NCBI GenBank assembly: GCA_000999395.1
Contig: LCOM01000015.1
Span: 1 to 34,912 of the forward strand
Direction of reading: 5' to 3'
From: Parcubacteria group bacterium GW2011_GWA2_47_7
GTDB lineage: Bacteria > Patescibacteriota > Minisyncoccia > Phycocordibacterales > UBA6899
DNA length: 34,912 nucleotides
Part shown: positions 26,431-33,111 of the stretch, in pieces
Layout: every line of letters begins with the position of its first letter
Position numbering within the stretch: position 1 is the first letter of the stretch
The notes under the pieces: generated by a model
Told to the model about the DNA's origin: nothing
Databases searched by the model: none
What the model saw: only the letters and a program-made list of their open reading frames with translations
Translations under genes and position numbers: made by a program

Positions 26431-26661
26431 CTATTTTTTTTCATCGAGATAGCGCTGAAGTTCTGGATCCGGCTCAGTCGTCGCGGGAAAATATTCTATA
26501 TAGTCTGCCTCCGGAAGAACTTCCCTTGTTCGAGCGTTGATGTCCGCAATACTGAGAGGTATCTCACCATTGGCATCATTGTCGGTAAAAATATTCCCAT
26601 CTCTAATATAGATGACCTGCGATCCGAGGCTCGGTTTTTCAGTGTAGCTTGGGATGGGCAT
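26431..26661 (-). CDS. small acidic hypothetical protein
   Basis: 76-aa ORF, co-oriented with and 6 nt downstream of another small acidic ORF. The overlapping + strand ORF translation looks non-protein-like. No family recognised. Confidence 0.4.
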   Translation of the reverse strand: MPIPSYTEKPSLGSQVIYIRDGNIFTDNDANGEIPLSIADINARTREVLPEADYIEYFPATTEPDPELQRYLDEKK

Positions 26662-26667
26662 GATGGC

Positions 26668-26922
26668 TTATATAACGTGAATATCCGAGCTGTGAATCTG
26701 GTTGTATTTAACGCGAGCAGCCTCAGGTAAGTCGTCAGGGGTTTCAACAACGACATCGCGGACTCCTACATCATCGCCAAAATTTTCTTCTTCCCATCTA
26801 CCATATTGGCCAACACTGGCTGCTGCTGCTTCCGCGAGTGAATCGTCGTATGGCAGCTCAAACGTCTCAGTTACGTCTTCAGGGATTGGACTCACTTGTG
26901 GTTGTTCATTCGATGCTAGCAT
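26668..26922 (-). CDS. small acidic hypothetical protein
   Basis: 84-aa ORF, very Asp/Glu-rich (EDVTETFELPYDDSLAE..., WEEENFGDDVGVRD). No family recognised. Confidence 0.4.
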   Translation of the reverse strand: MLASNEQPQVSPIPEDVTETFELPYDDSLAEAAAASVGQYGRWEEENFGDDVGVRDVVVETPDDLPEAARVKYNQIHSSDIHVI

Positions 26923-27038
26923 AGATTAAGATAGTGTAATCGTATCACCCGTGCGAACTTTGTTCAAGAACTAACGTTATGCACAACCTCACATTGTCAT
27001 ATTGTCTATATAGAGTCTGAGTCAAAAGCGGAATCCCT

Positions 27039-27047
27039 TGATACAAT
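27039..27047 (+). promoter_or_regulatory. extended -10 TGaTACAAT, 6 nt upstream of the xerC ATG (leaderless-type)
   Basis: TGATACAAT-agacat-ATG. There is no SD. Confidence 0.45.
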
Positions 27048-27053
27048 AGACAT

Positions 27054-27995
27054 ATGAATTTATTGGAATGGAAAAGACGGTTTCTTGAATACACGGAAAT
27101 AGAAAAGGGGCGTAGTGTCCATACAGTAGAAAATTACGATCGCTATATTTCACGTTTTCTTGAATATGCGAAACTCGAGAATCCTGAGGACATCAATTAT
27201 GAGGTGGTACGCGAGTATCGACTTTGGCTGAATCGCCAACTTGCCACGGAGGCTCGTCGCGGTGTGCTCGCAACAACGCTAAAAAAACGTACCCAAAACT
27301 ACTATTTGATTGCCTTGCGGGCGTTTCTCAAGTATATGATGCGCCAAGGCGTCGAAGGGGTCATGTCCCCTGAGAAGATTGAACTAGCGAAGGTGTCCGA
27401 AAGAGAATTAGACCTTATCTCGAGTCAGGACCTCGATCGAATTCTCGCGGCTCCCGGCCGTGAAACGCTTTCAGCACTTCGCGATACGGCAATTCTAGAA
27501 CTCTTCTTCTCGACAGGCCTCCGTGTGTCAGAGCTGTGTGGACTTTCTCGCGACCTCGACCTTTCGAGGGATGAGTTCTCTGTGCGCGGAAAGGGTGAAA
27601 AAGTCCGAGTAGTCTTCTTGTCCGATACGGCAAAAGACGCGCTTAAGGCCTATCTCCTGAAAAGGACAGATGTCGATGATGCACTCTTTGTTCAAGTCGG
27701 GCGTGGGGGAGAAAAATCTCAAGCCAAGAAGAAGGGGTCACTCCGCCTCACTCCTCGCTCTGTGGAACGCCTCGTGAAACATTATGCCGTGAAGTGCGGA
27801 ATTTCCAAAAAGGTTACTCCTCACGTTATTCGTCATAGTTTTGCTACTGACCTACTTGAAAATGGTGCTGACCTACGCTCCGTGCAGGCGCTTCTCGGAC
27901 ATGCGAACATTGCGACGACACAAATCTATACGCACGTGACTGATAGTAAGCTTCGTGAGGTGCACAAATTGTTTCACGATAAAAGAAAAAGATAG
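27054..27995 (+). CDS. xerC: tyrosine site-specific recombinase, XerC/XerD family
   Basis: 313 aa. N-terminal SAM-like domain (SVHTVENYDRYISRFLEY); catalytic region RDTAILELFFSTGLRVSEL...; HVIRHSFATDLLENGADLRSVQALLGHANIATTQIYTHV (R, H-x-x-R, H, Y). XerC and XerD cannot be distinguished by eye. Confidence 0.85.
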   Translation: MNLLEWKRRFLEYTEIEKGRSVHTVENYDRYISRFLEYAKLENPEDINYEVVREYRLWLNRQLATEARRGVLATTLKKRTQNYYLIALRAFLKYMMRQGVEGVMSPEKIELAKVSERELDLISSQDLDRILAAPGRETLSALRDTAILELFFSTGLRVSELCGLSRDLDLSRDEFSVRGKGEKVRVVFLSDTAKDALKAYLLKRTDVDDALFVQVGRGGEKSQAKKKGSLRLTPRSVERLVKHYAVKCGISKKVTPHVIRHSFATDLLENGADLRSVQALLGHANIATTQIYTHVTDSKLREVHKLFHDKRKR

Positions 27996-28015
27996 CTAAA
28001 ACGTTCCGTGAAACG

Positions 28016-28031
28016 TGTTTCTCGTGAAACA
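28016..28031. promoter_or_regulatory. parS-like ParB-binding site
   Basis: TGTTTCTCGTGAAACA has 1 mismatch to the parS consensus TGTTNCACGTGAAACA. It lies in the 38-nt xerC-xth spacer. Degenerate relatives sit at 28002..28015 and 27969..27984. Confidence 0.6.
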
Positions 28032-28033
28032 AA

Positions 28034-28822
28034 ATGAGTTATAATCAATACATGAAATTATATTCATGGAATGTAAATGGATTACGCGCCGCACATAAAA
28101 AGGGTTTCTTGGATTGGCTCTATGAGGTAAGCCCCGATATTCTCGGGCTTCAGGAAACAAAGGCGGAGGCGGTTCAGCTGCCTGATGAAGTGCGAAGTCC
28201 AAAAGGATATTTTGCATATTTCTCACACTCAAAAGGACGCAAGGGGTATAGTGGGGTTGCACTCTATTCAAAAATAAAGCCGGATAAAGTGGAATACGGC
28301 ATAGGTGTGAAACATCTTGATGATGAGGGACGAATTATTATCGGACATTACGGTGACCTTGTCTTTTTGAATGTCTATTTTCCCAACGGCGGCGGCGGTC
28401 CCGAGCGTCTGAAGTATAAACTAGAATTCTATGATGCGTTTCTTGTGTATATCGAAAAGCTAAGGAAAAAAGGAAAGAAAATTATTTTTTGTGGAGACGT
28501 AAACACTGCGCATGAAGAGATTGATCTTGCACGTCCGAAAGCAAATGAAAAAAATACAGGATTTTTACCGGAAGAACGCGCGTGGATAGATGAGCTCATC
28601 TATCACGGGTATGTCGATACGTTTCGTCACTTTTATCCACGAAAGGAGGAATCATATAGCTACTGGGATATGAAGACAGCGGCGAGGGAGCGGAACGTCG
28701 GCTGGCGCATCGACTACTTTTTTATTGCTCCCGACCTCGTATCGAAAGTAAAATCTGCTGGCATCTCTCAGGATGTGTACGGCTCCGACCATTGCCCGAT
28801 TTGGCTCGAAATGAAAACTTAA
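28034..28822 (+). CDS. xth: exodeoxyribonuclease III (Xth/ExoA AP endonuclease family)
   Basis: 262 aa. MKLYSWNVNGLRA; LGLQETK; GYSGVALYSK; VYFPNGG; GDVNTAHEEIDL; FLPEERAW; WRIDYFF; GSDHCPIWLE. Confidence 0.9.
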   Translation: MSYNQYMKLYSWNVNGLRAAHKKGFLDWLYEVSPDILGLQETKAEAVQLPDEVRSPKGYFAYFSHSKGRKGYSGVALYSKIKPDKVEYGIGVKHLDDEGRIIIGHYGDLVFLNVYFPNGGGGPERLKYKLEFYDAFLVYIEKLRKKGKKIIFCGDVNTAHEEIDLARPKANEKNTGFLPEERAWIDELIYHGYVDTFRHFYPRKEESYSYWDMKTAARERNVGWRIDYFFIAPDLVSKVKSAGISQDVYGSDHCPIWLEMKT

Positions 28823-28845
28823 ATTACGAAGACGCCGTCAGTTAA

Positions 28846-28874
28846 GAAAAAATCCGCGCCAGTGTGGCGCGGAT
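28846..28874 (-). terminator. rho-independent terminator between convergent xth and the Nudix-like gene
   Basis: ATCCGCGCCA-gtg-TGGCGCGGAT is a 10-bp stem. The T-run (TTTTTT) is on the minus-strand side. Confidence 0.75.
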
Positions 28875-28886
28875 GAAACAGAACTC

Positions 28887-29663
28887 CTATTGCTGGATCA
28901 ATGGCATGAAATTCTCAATCCATGGAGAGCTTCGATAGACGCTTCTCGCGAGAGGGAGCGAACGTCGAAGCATCTTGGTGATGTATTCCGGTAGTGAGTT
29001 TTCGAAGAGGTCGGAAGTCGTGATGATTCCTGTCGCGAGTGCTAGACGTTGCGTTTGTGGAAGCATGTTTCGTTCTCCCCACTTCGGTTTGCCAAGCAAT
29101 TCCTCCGGAGACAACACACGCCGATTCCCGACTTCTCCGTCCTTGGCGCGAAATGCGCTGAGACGTTCGTCGACGATGCCGGCGAAGTAAGCATCAACAC
29201 AGATCTTGCTGTTGATACGTTTCAACTCGCGCGAATTTTTTTCAGAAATCATTCGCACGCCGACCAGCATCACGCTGTCAGGAACAAGCTTTAGTCCGAG
29301 CTCCGCTTCAACTTCGCGGAAAAGGCAGTCTAGGACAGACTCCTCTGCTTCAGTGTCGCCTTCTGCTCGGAATTCACCCATGAACGCTTCTACCCGCCCG
29401 CCACCCAGCGTGTTCTCGGACCTCGAGTCCGAGCGGATATCTTCGCCGCAAATGATACCGCAGTCCTCTCCGAGAGGCCCTCCGGGGATTTCTCTCCCGA
29501 TGAGCATCACCCTCGTAGACGTTGCGACATACACCTGACTTGCACCCTTGCCGTCTGATACGACAATAGATTCAACAGGAAGGTCATCATCTGCATGCTT
29601 TTTGTCTTGCAGTCGACCGAGCTGGTATCCTTCATTTAAAAGAAATGCGGTGTTCTTATTCAC
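28887..29663 (-). CDS. divergent Nudix-like hydrolase (tentative)
   Basis: 258 aa. GTG start with AGGAGG 5 nt upstream. LGGGRVEAF...(insert)...REVEAELGL resembles a Nudix box G-x5-E-x7-REUxEExGU, but with an insertion and one E replaced by A. Confidence 0.4.
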   Translation of the reverse strand: MNKNTAFLLNEGYQLGRLQDKKHADDDLPVESIVVSDGKGASQVYVATSTRVMLIGREIPGGPLGEDCGIICGEDIRSDSRSENTLGGGRVEAFMGEFRAEGDTEAEESVLDCLFREVEAELGLKLVPDSVMLVGVRMISEKNSRELKRINSKICVDAYFAGIVDERLSAFRAKDGEVGNRRVLSPEELLGKPKWGERNMLPQTQRLALATGIITTSDLFENSLPEYITKMLRRSLPLARSVYRSSPWIENFMPLIQQ

Positions 29664-29759
29664 AAGAACCTCCTATAAGCAAAAATGTGTTGAGAATTGT
29701 GGCCTTTTTTCACAAAGAACCTAGTCTTATGATACACATTTTTAGTGTTTTGTCAATCC

Positions 29760-31247
29760 CTATTTCACTCCGTATCTTTTCCGTATCTCACCTACTTCTG
29801 CTTCTTCTTTTTCTTCCTTCTTTTCCTTTCCTGCTTCACCGAGTTTTTCAAGTTCTTTTGAGTCTAGCTTTATCAAGTCCTTAGCGCGACCCTCAAGATA
29901 TTCGGAAGTGTTTCGTTCGGGAATATCGAGGACTTCATTAAAGAGTGCATGGAGAATCCACCCAATCTCTCGCCCCGGCTTAATGTCGAGTATTTTCATA
30001 ATCTTTGCGCCGTCAATCTTCAGCATGCCGACCGACACCGGTGCGCGCATCGCTTCTTCGATCATCGAGTGATATTTGCGCAGTCGATATGGCGTCTCCT
30101 TTGGGCGCCCCATACCGATACGATCGCATGCACGAACATCCATGAGATCCCATACGCGCTCCGGTCCAACATTTGCCACAATGCGACGAACTGCAGAAAG
30201 CGTAATCTTTTCGATGTCCGAAAAAAACAAGTGGTAGCGCACGAGTAGTGTAACGTCTTCGACGAATTTTTTAGGGAAACGCAATCGTTCAAGAATTTTC
30301 TTCGCCATGCGACCACCAACAACGTCGTGTCCGTAGAATGTCCAGTCTTTTTTCTCATCCGACCATTTGCGCGTGTGTGGTTTTGCTACATCATGGAGGA
30401 GCGCTGCCACGCGTACATGAAGTGGCCAACCCCGTTCCTTCGCGTGTTCAAGTGCGCGAAGATTGTGCTCCCACACTTCATAGATGTGGTCACCATTTTG
30501 CTCACAACCCAAACCCGCTTCAAGTTCGGGAATAATATATTTCAACACTCCGGTGCGATGAAGAAGGATAATGCCCTCCATTGGTCGATCAGACATGATA
30601 ATCTTCTCAAATTCATCACGGATGCGCTCCGCGGCAATGTGATCGAGGCGATGTGCAAATTCTACAACGGCACTCATTGTTTCCATCTCAATAGCAAATC
30701 CAAGCTCCGCACCAAAACGTACCGCACGCATGACGCGGAGTGCGTCCTCGTGGAATCGGTCGGATGGCTTCCCCACTGTCTTGATGAGATGTCGCTCAAT
30801 ATCACGCTCGCCATCATACGGATCGATAATTTCTTTTTTTGAAACGCTATATCCAATCGCATTCATAGTGAAGTCGCGTCGCAAAAGATCGTCTTCAAGT
30901 TTCCCGGAGAATATCACTTCATCTGGGTGGCGAAAATTTGTATACGTCGTTTCTTTGCGGTATGGAGTCACCTCAACAACACGCATACTTCCCCGGTTGG
31001 TATCATCTTCCGTGATATCCTCGTTTACAACACCGACGGTGCCGTACTCATTTTCGTAAAAAGTTTTTGGAAAAAGTGCAATAATTTCATCTGGAGTGGC
31101 ATTCGTGGTGATGTCCCAATCTTTTGGTGCGACACCGCGATAGAGGTCACGCACGCATCCCCCAACAAGGTATGCCTCAAAGCCTGCGCGCTCCAGCGTA
31201 CCGGTTACATGAGATATTTCCGACGGAATGGTGAAGTGTCTTGACAT
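29760..31247 (-). CDS. cca: CCA-adding tRNA nucleotidyltransferase with C-terminal HD domain
   Basis: 495 aa. YLVGGCVRDLYRGVAPKDWDITT (pol-beta NT motif); RRDFTMNA; EDALRVMRAVRF; HD region LLHDVAKP...GHD. The tail is Lys/Glu-rich. Confidence 0.85.
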   Translation of the reverse strand: MSRHFTIPSEISHVTGTLERAGFEAYLVGGCVRDLYRGVAPKDWDITTNATPDEIIALFPKTFYENEYGTVGVVNEDITEDDTNRGSMRVVEVTPYRKETTYTNFRHPDEVIFSGKLEDDLLRRDFTMNAIGYSVSKKEIIDPYDGERDIERHLIKTVGKPSDRFHEDALRVMRAVRFGAELGFAIEMETMSAVVEFAHRLDHIAAERIRDEFEKIIMSDRPMEGIILLHRTGVLKYIIPELEAGLGCEQNGDHIYEVWEHNLRALEHAKERGWPLHVRVAALLHDVAKPHTRKWSDEKKDWTFYGHDVVGGRMAKKILERLRFPKKFVEDVTLLVRYHLFFSDIEKITLSAVRRIVANVGPERVWDLMDVRACDRIGMGRPKETPYRLRKYHSMIEEAMRAPVSVGMLKIDGAKIMKILDIKPGREIGWILHALFNEVLDIPERNTSEYLEGRAKDLIKLDSKELEKLGEAGKEKKEEKEEAEVGEIRKRYGVK

Positions 31248-31253
31248 AGTGCT

Positions 31254-31262
31254 ATCTTACCA
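31254..31262 (-). promoter_or_regulatory. extended -10 TGgTAAGAT, 6 nt upstream of the cca ATG (leaderless-type)
   Basis: The minus strand reads TGGTAAGAT-agcact-ATG. Confidence 0.4.
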
Positions 31263-31267
31263 ATTTT

Positions 31268-31296
31268 TTGATTTTTCGCGAGTAGTATTGTAGAGT
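31268..31296 (+). promoter_or_regulatory. candidate promoter TTGATT-17-TAGAGT for tRNA-Arg
   Basis: TTGATT at 31268..31273 and TAGAGT at 31291..31296. The tRNA starts 22 nt downstream. Confidence 0.4.
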
Positions 31297-31317
31297 TTGT
31301 CGTGTAAGTGAAATTAC

Positions 31318-31389
31318 GCTCTCGTAGTGAAATGGATATCACGACTGCCTTCGAAGCAGTTATTGCAGGTTCGAATCCTGCCGGGAGCA
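31318..31389 (+). tRNA. tRNA-Arg (anticodon TCG)
   Basis: Hand-folded cloverleaf: acceptor GCTCTCG/CGGGAGC, D arm GTGA-AATGGATA-TCAC, anticodon arm ACTGC-CTTCGAA-GCAGT, variable TATT, T arm GCAGG-TTCGAAT-CCTGC, discriminator A. CCA is not encoded. Confidence 0.9.
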
Positions 31390-31390
31390 C

Positions 31391-31435
31391 AAAAGCGTTT
31401 AAGAAAATCTCCCCTACAGGAGATTTTTCGCTTTT
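31391..31435 (+). terminator. compound hairpin / terminator after tRNA-Arg (repeat copy 1)
   Basis: Outer stem AAAAGCG...CGCTTTT, inner stem AAAATCTCC-cctaca-GGAGATTTT. T-rich 3' side. Confidence 0.6.
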
Positions 31436-31437
31436 AT

Positions 31438-31552
31438 GCTCGCGTAGGAAGCCAACAGTTTTGCTTCCGAAATGATTCGAAAGGGATTTCGTTATTGAGT
31501 CTGCGAGATCGAAATCCACCCGCGGCGGTAGCCGAGAATCTTGCCGGGAGCA
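31438..31552 (+). pseudogene. decayed tRNA-Arg paralogue (tRNA-like, 115 nt, does not fold as a cloverleaf)
   Basis: Shares with tRNA-Arg the 5' GCTC(G)CGTAG, an ATTCGAA anticodon-loop-like block, GTTATTG, two T-arm-like blocks (GCGAGATCGAAATCC; GCCGAGAATCTTGC) and an identical 3' acceptor CGGGAGCA. Confidence 0.5.
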
Positions 31553-31553
31553 C

Positions 31554-31598
31554 AAAAGCGTTTGAAAAAATCTCCCCTGCAGGAGATTTTTCGCTTTT
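31554..31598 (+). terminator. compound hairpin / terminator (repeat copy 2)
   Basis: Near-identical to 31391..31435 (AAAAGCGTTTGAAAAAATCTCCCCTGCAGGAGATTTTTCGCTTTT), 163 nt downstream of copy 1. Confidence 0.55.
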
Positions 31599-32115
31599 GC
31601 GAGCCATGGCGATGTTTCAAAAAAATAGTCATTCTGACTTTATTGAAACCACAAGGGTGGGGTCTCGTCCTATTTAGAATGCACATAGCCTGCATAAGTT
31701 ACAAAAAACACCAAGAGATATATTTCCTAGCTGTTATTAATGTGGCAGAAAATGTATCAGTCGCAAGGTAACTCCCAATATCGAACCACACCCATCCGCC
31801 TTCCATGGAAGTGAGAATATGCCATATTAACCAGGTCGATGACATTAAAACAAAAAAGAAGACATCCTAAAAAGAGTACCAGCAATGTTTAAAACATATT
31901 TATCCTTCAATTTGCAGCTAGTCAATCCACAAAAAACAATACTCGAATTCAAATTATTGCAAGGAAATTTGGTTCGGATCGTCCAAAAATTTATATATTA
32001 ATGAGAAATTTAAGTTGTCGGAATTAGTGCCTCTGTGTTTCCTGGGGTAATACAGTAGGCCCGATAATTCAGGGTAAAATGGGACCAGTAAGAAGTGACT
32101 GAGGCTACTATTCTG

Positions 32116-32186
32116 TGCGGGCAGGGAGAATCGAACTCCCGTCTCAACCTTGGCAAGGTCGTATTCTACCACTAAACCATGCCCGC
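32116..32186 (-). tRNA. tRNA-Gly (anticodon GCC)
   Basis: The minus strand reads GCGGGCA-TG-GTTT-AGTGGTA-GAAT-A-CGACC-TTGCCAA-GGTTG-AGAC-GGGAG-TTCGATT-CTCCC-TGCCCGC-A. It closely parallels the B. subtilis tRNA-Gly(GCC) layout as I recall it. CCA is not encoded. Confidence 0.9.
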
Positions 32187-32281
32187 AAATTTGAGTATCA
32201 CCATCCTATCGGATATTGCGAATTAATTCAATGTCAACAGAGTGTACATTGCTAAAATATGAGATTATGATCCAACATCCA

Positions 32282-32346
32282 TTATCCACACCCCAGTTGT
32301 ACAATATGTGCATAACTGTGGATAACCCTGTGGAGACTGTGTATAA
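32282..32346. promoter_or_regulatory. cluster of five DnaA-box-like 9-mers (candidate oriC core)
   Basis: TTATCCACA (32282..32290, perfect). The other four are in the opposite orientation: TGTGCATAA (32307..32315, 1 mismatch), TGTGGATAA (32317..32325, perfect), TGTGGAGAC (32329..32337, 2 mismatches) and TGTGTATAA (32338..32346, 1 mismatch). Confidence 0.55.
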
Positions 32347-32476
32347 AGGACAGTCCTATAGACGGTTAGTATGTCCTTTATGAATAAGATAGGGCTACGC
32401 GACCGTGAAATGTCCTAAAAACACGTTACAACGTAACATATTCGCCAACAGTACATGTATCACAGACAAAATAGCG

Positions 32477-32492
32477 CGTTTCACGAGAAACA
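32477..32492. promoter_or_regulatory. parS-like site
   Basis: CGTTTCACGAGAAACA, 2 mismatches to TGTTNCACGTGAAACA. Confidence 0.5.
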
Positions 32493-32507
32493 CTGCATAT
32501 TCTGCTG

Positions 32508-32516
32508 TGATATACT
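32508..32516 (+). promoter_or_regulatory. extended -10 TGaTATACT, 7 nt upstream of the GTG at 32524 (leaderless-type yraN promoter)
   Basis: TGATATACT-gtttcac-GTG. The last base of the -10, the predicted TSS and the start codon all lie inside the parS-like site 32516..32531. Confidence 0.4.
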
Positions 32517-32531
32517 GTTTCACGTGAAAAC
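32516..32531. promoter_or_regulatory. parS-like site overlapping the yraN start
   Basis: TGTTTCACGTGAAAAC: the first 14 nt are perfect, with 2 mismatches at the 3' end. Confidence 0.55.
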
Positions 32532-32916
32532 TCCCACAAAAAAACAAAAGACAGGTAAAATTGGCGAAGATTTGGCTGAAAAGTTTCTTATGAAACGCGG
32601 ATTTAGCATTATTCAGCGTAATTATTTGAAAAAAGTGGGAGAAATAGACATTATTTGTGAGAAGGGCCGTAAGTTGTACTTTGTTGAGGTAAAAACCGTT
32701 TCACGTGAAAACGTTTCTCGTGAAACACTGGATGACTACCGTCCGGAAGACAATCTTCACTCGCACAAGATACAGCGAATGGGAAGAGCCATTGAGATCT
32801 ATCTTGAGGAGCGAAATGTAAAACAAGACTGGGAGATACTCGGTGTCATGATTTTGCTTGATTCTAAGGCAAAACAGGCAAAAATCACATTGCTCGAGAA
32901 TTTTGCGTGGATATAG
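32524..32916 (+). CDS. yraN: YraN/UPF0102-family endonuclease-like protein
   Basis: GKIGEDLAEKFLMKRGFSIIQRNYLKKVGEIDIICEKGRKLYFVEVKT fits the YraN pattern (GE..A..yL...G..i...N.....GEiDii......l.FVEVK). The GTG at 32524 gives 130 aa, typical for the family. The alternative ATG at 32455 adds a Cys/His/Phe-rich 23-aa N-terminus that looks non-native. Confidence 0.7.
   Translation: MKTPTKKQKTGKIGEDLAEKFLMKRGFSIIQRNYLKKVGEIDIICEKGRKLYFVEVKTVSRENVSRETLDDYRPEDNLHSHKIQRMGRAIEIYLEERNVKQDWEILGVMILLDSKAKQAKITLLENFAWI
32697..32712. promoter_or_regulatory. parS-like site inside the yraN coding sequence
   Basis: CGTTTCACGTGAAAAC, 3 mismatches, with a perfect central 12-mer TTTCACGTGAAA. Confidence 0.45.
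32712..32727. promoter_or_regulatory. parS-like site inside the yraN coding sequence, abutting the previous site
   Basis: CGTTTCTCGTGAAACA, 2 mismatches. It shares one base with the site at 32697..32712. Confidence 0.5.
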
Positions 32917-32932
32917 CGTTTCACATGAAACA
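32917..32932. promoter_or_regulatory. parS-like site immediately after the yraN stop
   Basis: CGTTTCACATGAAACA, 2 mismatches. Confidence 0.5.
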
Positions 32933-32976
32933 ATTATTTGCTGACCTTGAGTCTTCGTAATTTTTATATAGAAAAG

Positions 32977-32992
32977 TGTTTCTCGTGAAACG
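32977..32992. promoter_or_regulatory. parS-like site
   Basis: TGTTTCTCGTGAAACG, 2 mismatches. It is the same variant as 28016..28031 and the reverse complement of 32477..32492. Confidence 0.5.
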
Positions 32993-33111
32993 CTTTTGTT
33001 CTGGGTGACTCAAACCGCGTTTAAAGCTTTGAGCAATTACCATTTTTCAATATGGCAAATACTGCCCTGTTGAAAATACTCGTAATACGTAAAATGTTAC
33101 ACGATTATCCG

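Noticed and set aside
31205-31555. 116-aa minus-strand ORF and 116-aa + strand ORF (31327..31677) across the tRNA-Arg repeat region. Also the 72-aa ORF at 31954..32172.
   Set aside because: They overlap the hand-folded tRNA genes and terminator hairpins. The AGFEPA-type peptide is the usual translation artefact of a T-arm. They have no start context.
31373-31598. Direct repeats of the tRNA-Arg 3' end read as attL/attR of an integrated mobile element.
   Set aside because: The repeats are only 163 nt apart with no cargo or integrase between them. The repeat also extends through the downstream terminator rather than being confined to the tRNA 3' end. The nearest recombinase (xerC, 3.3 kb away) looks like the housekeeping Xer type. 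A tandem duplication is the simpler explanation.
31599-32115. RNase P RNA, tmRNA or SRP RNA in the ORF-free stretch.
   Set aside because: I could not find the conserved cores on either strand: GAGGAAAGTCCGGGC-type P4 for RNase P, GGGG...GGTTCGA...CCACCA for tmRNA, or GGAAGCAGCCAAGG-type for SRP. This was an eye search only, so an Rfam scan is still needed.
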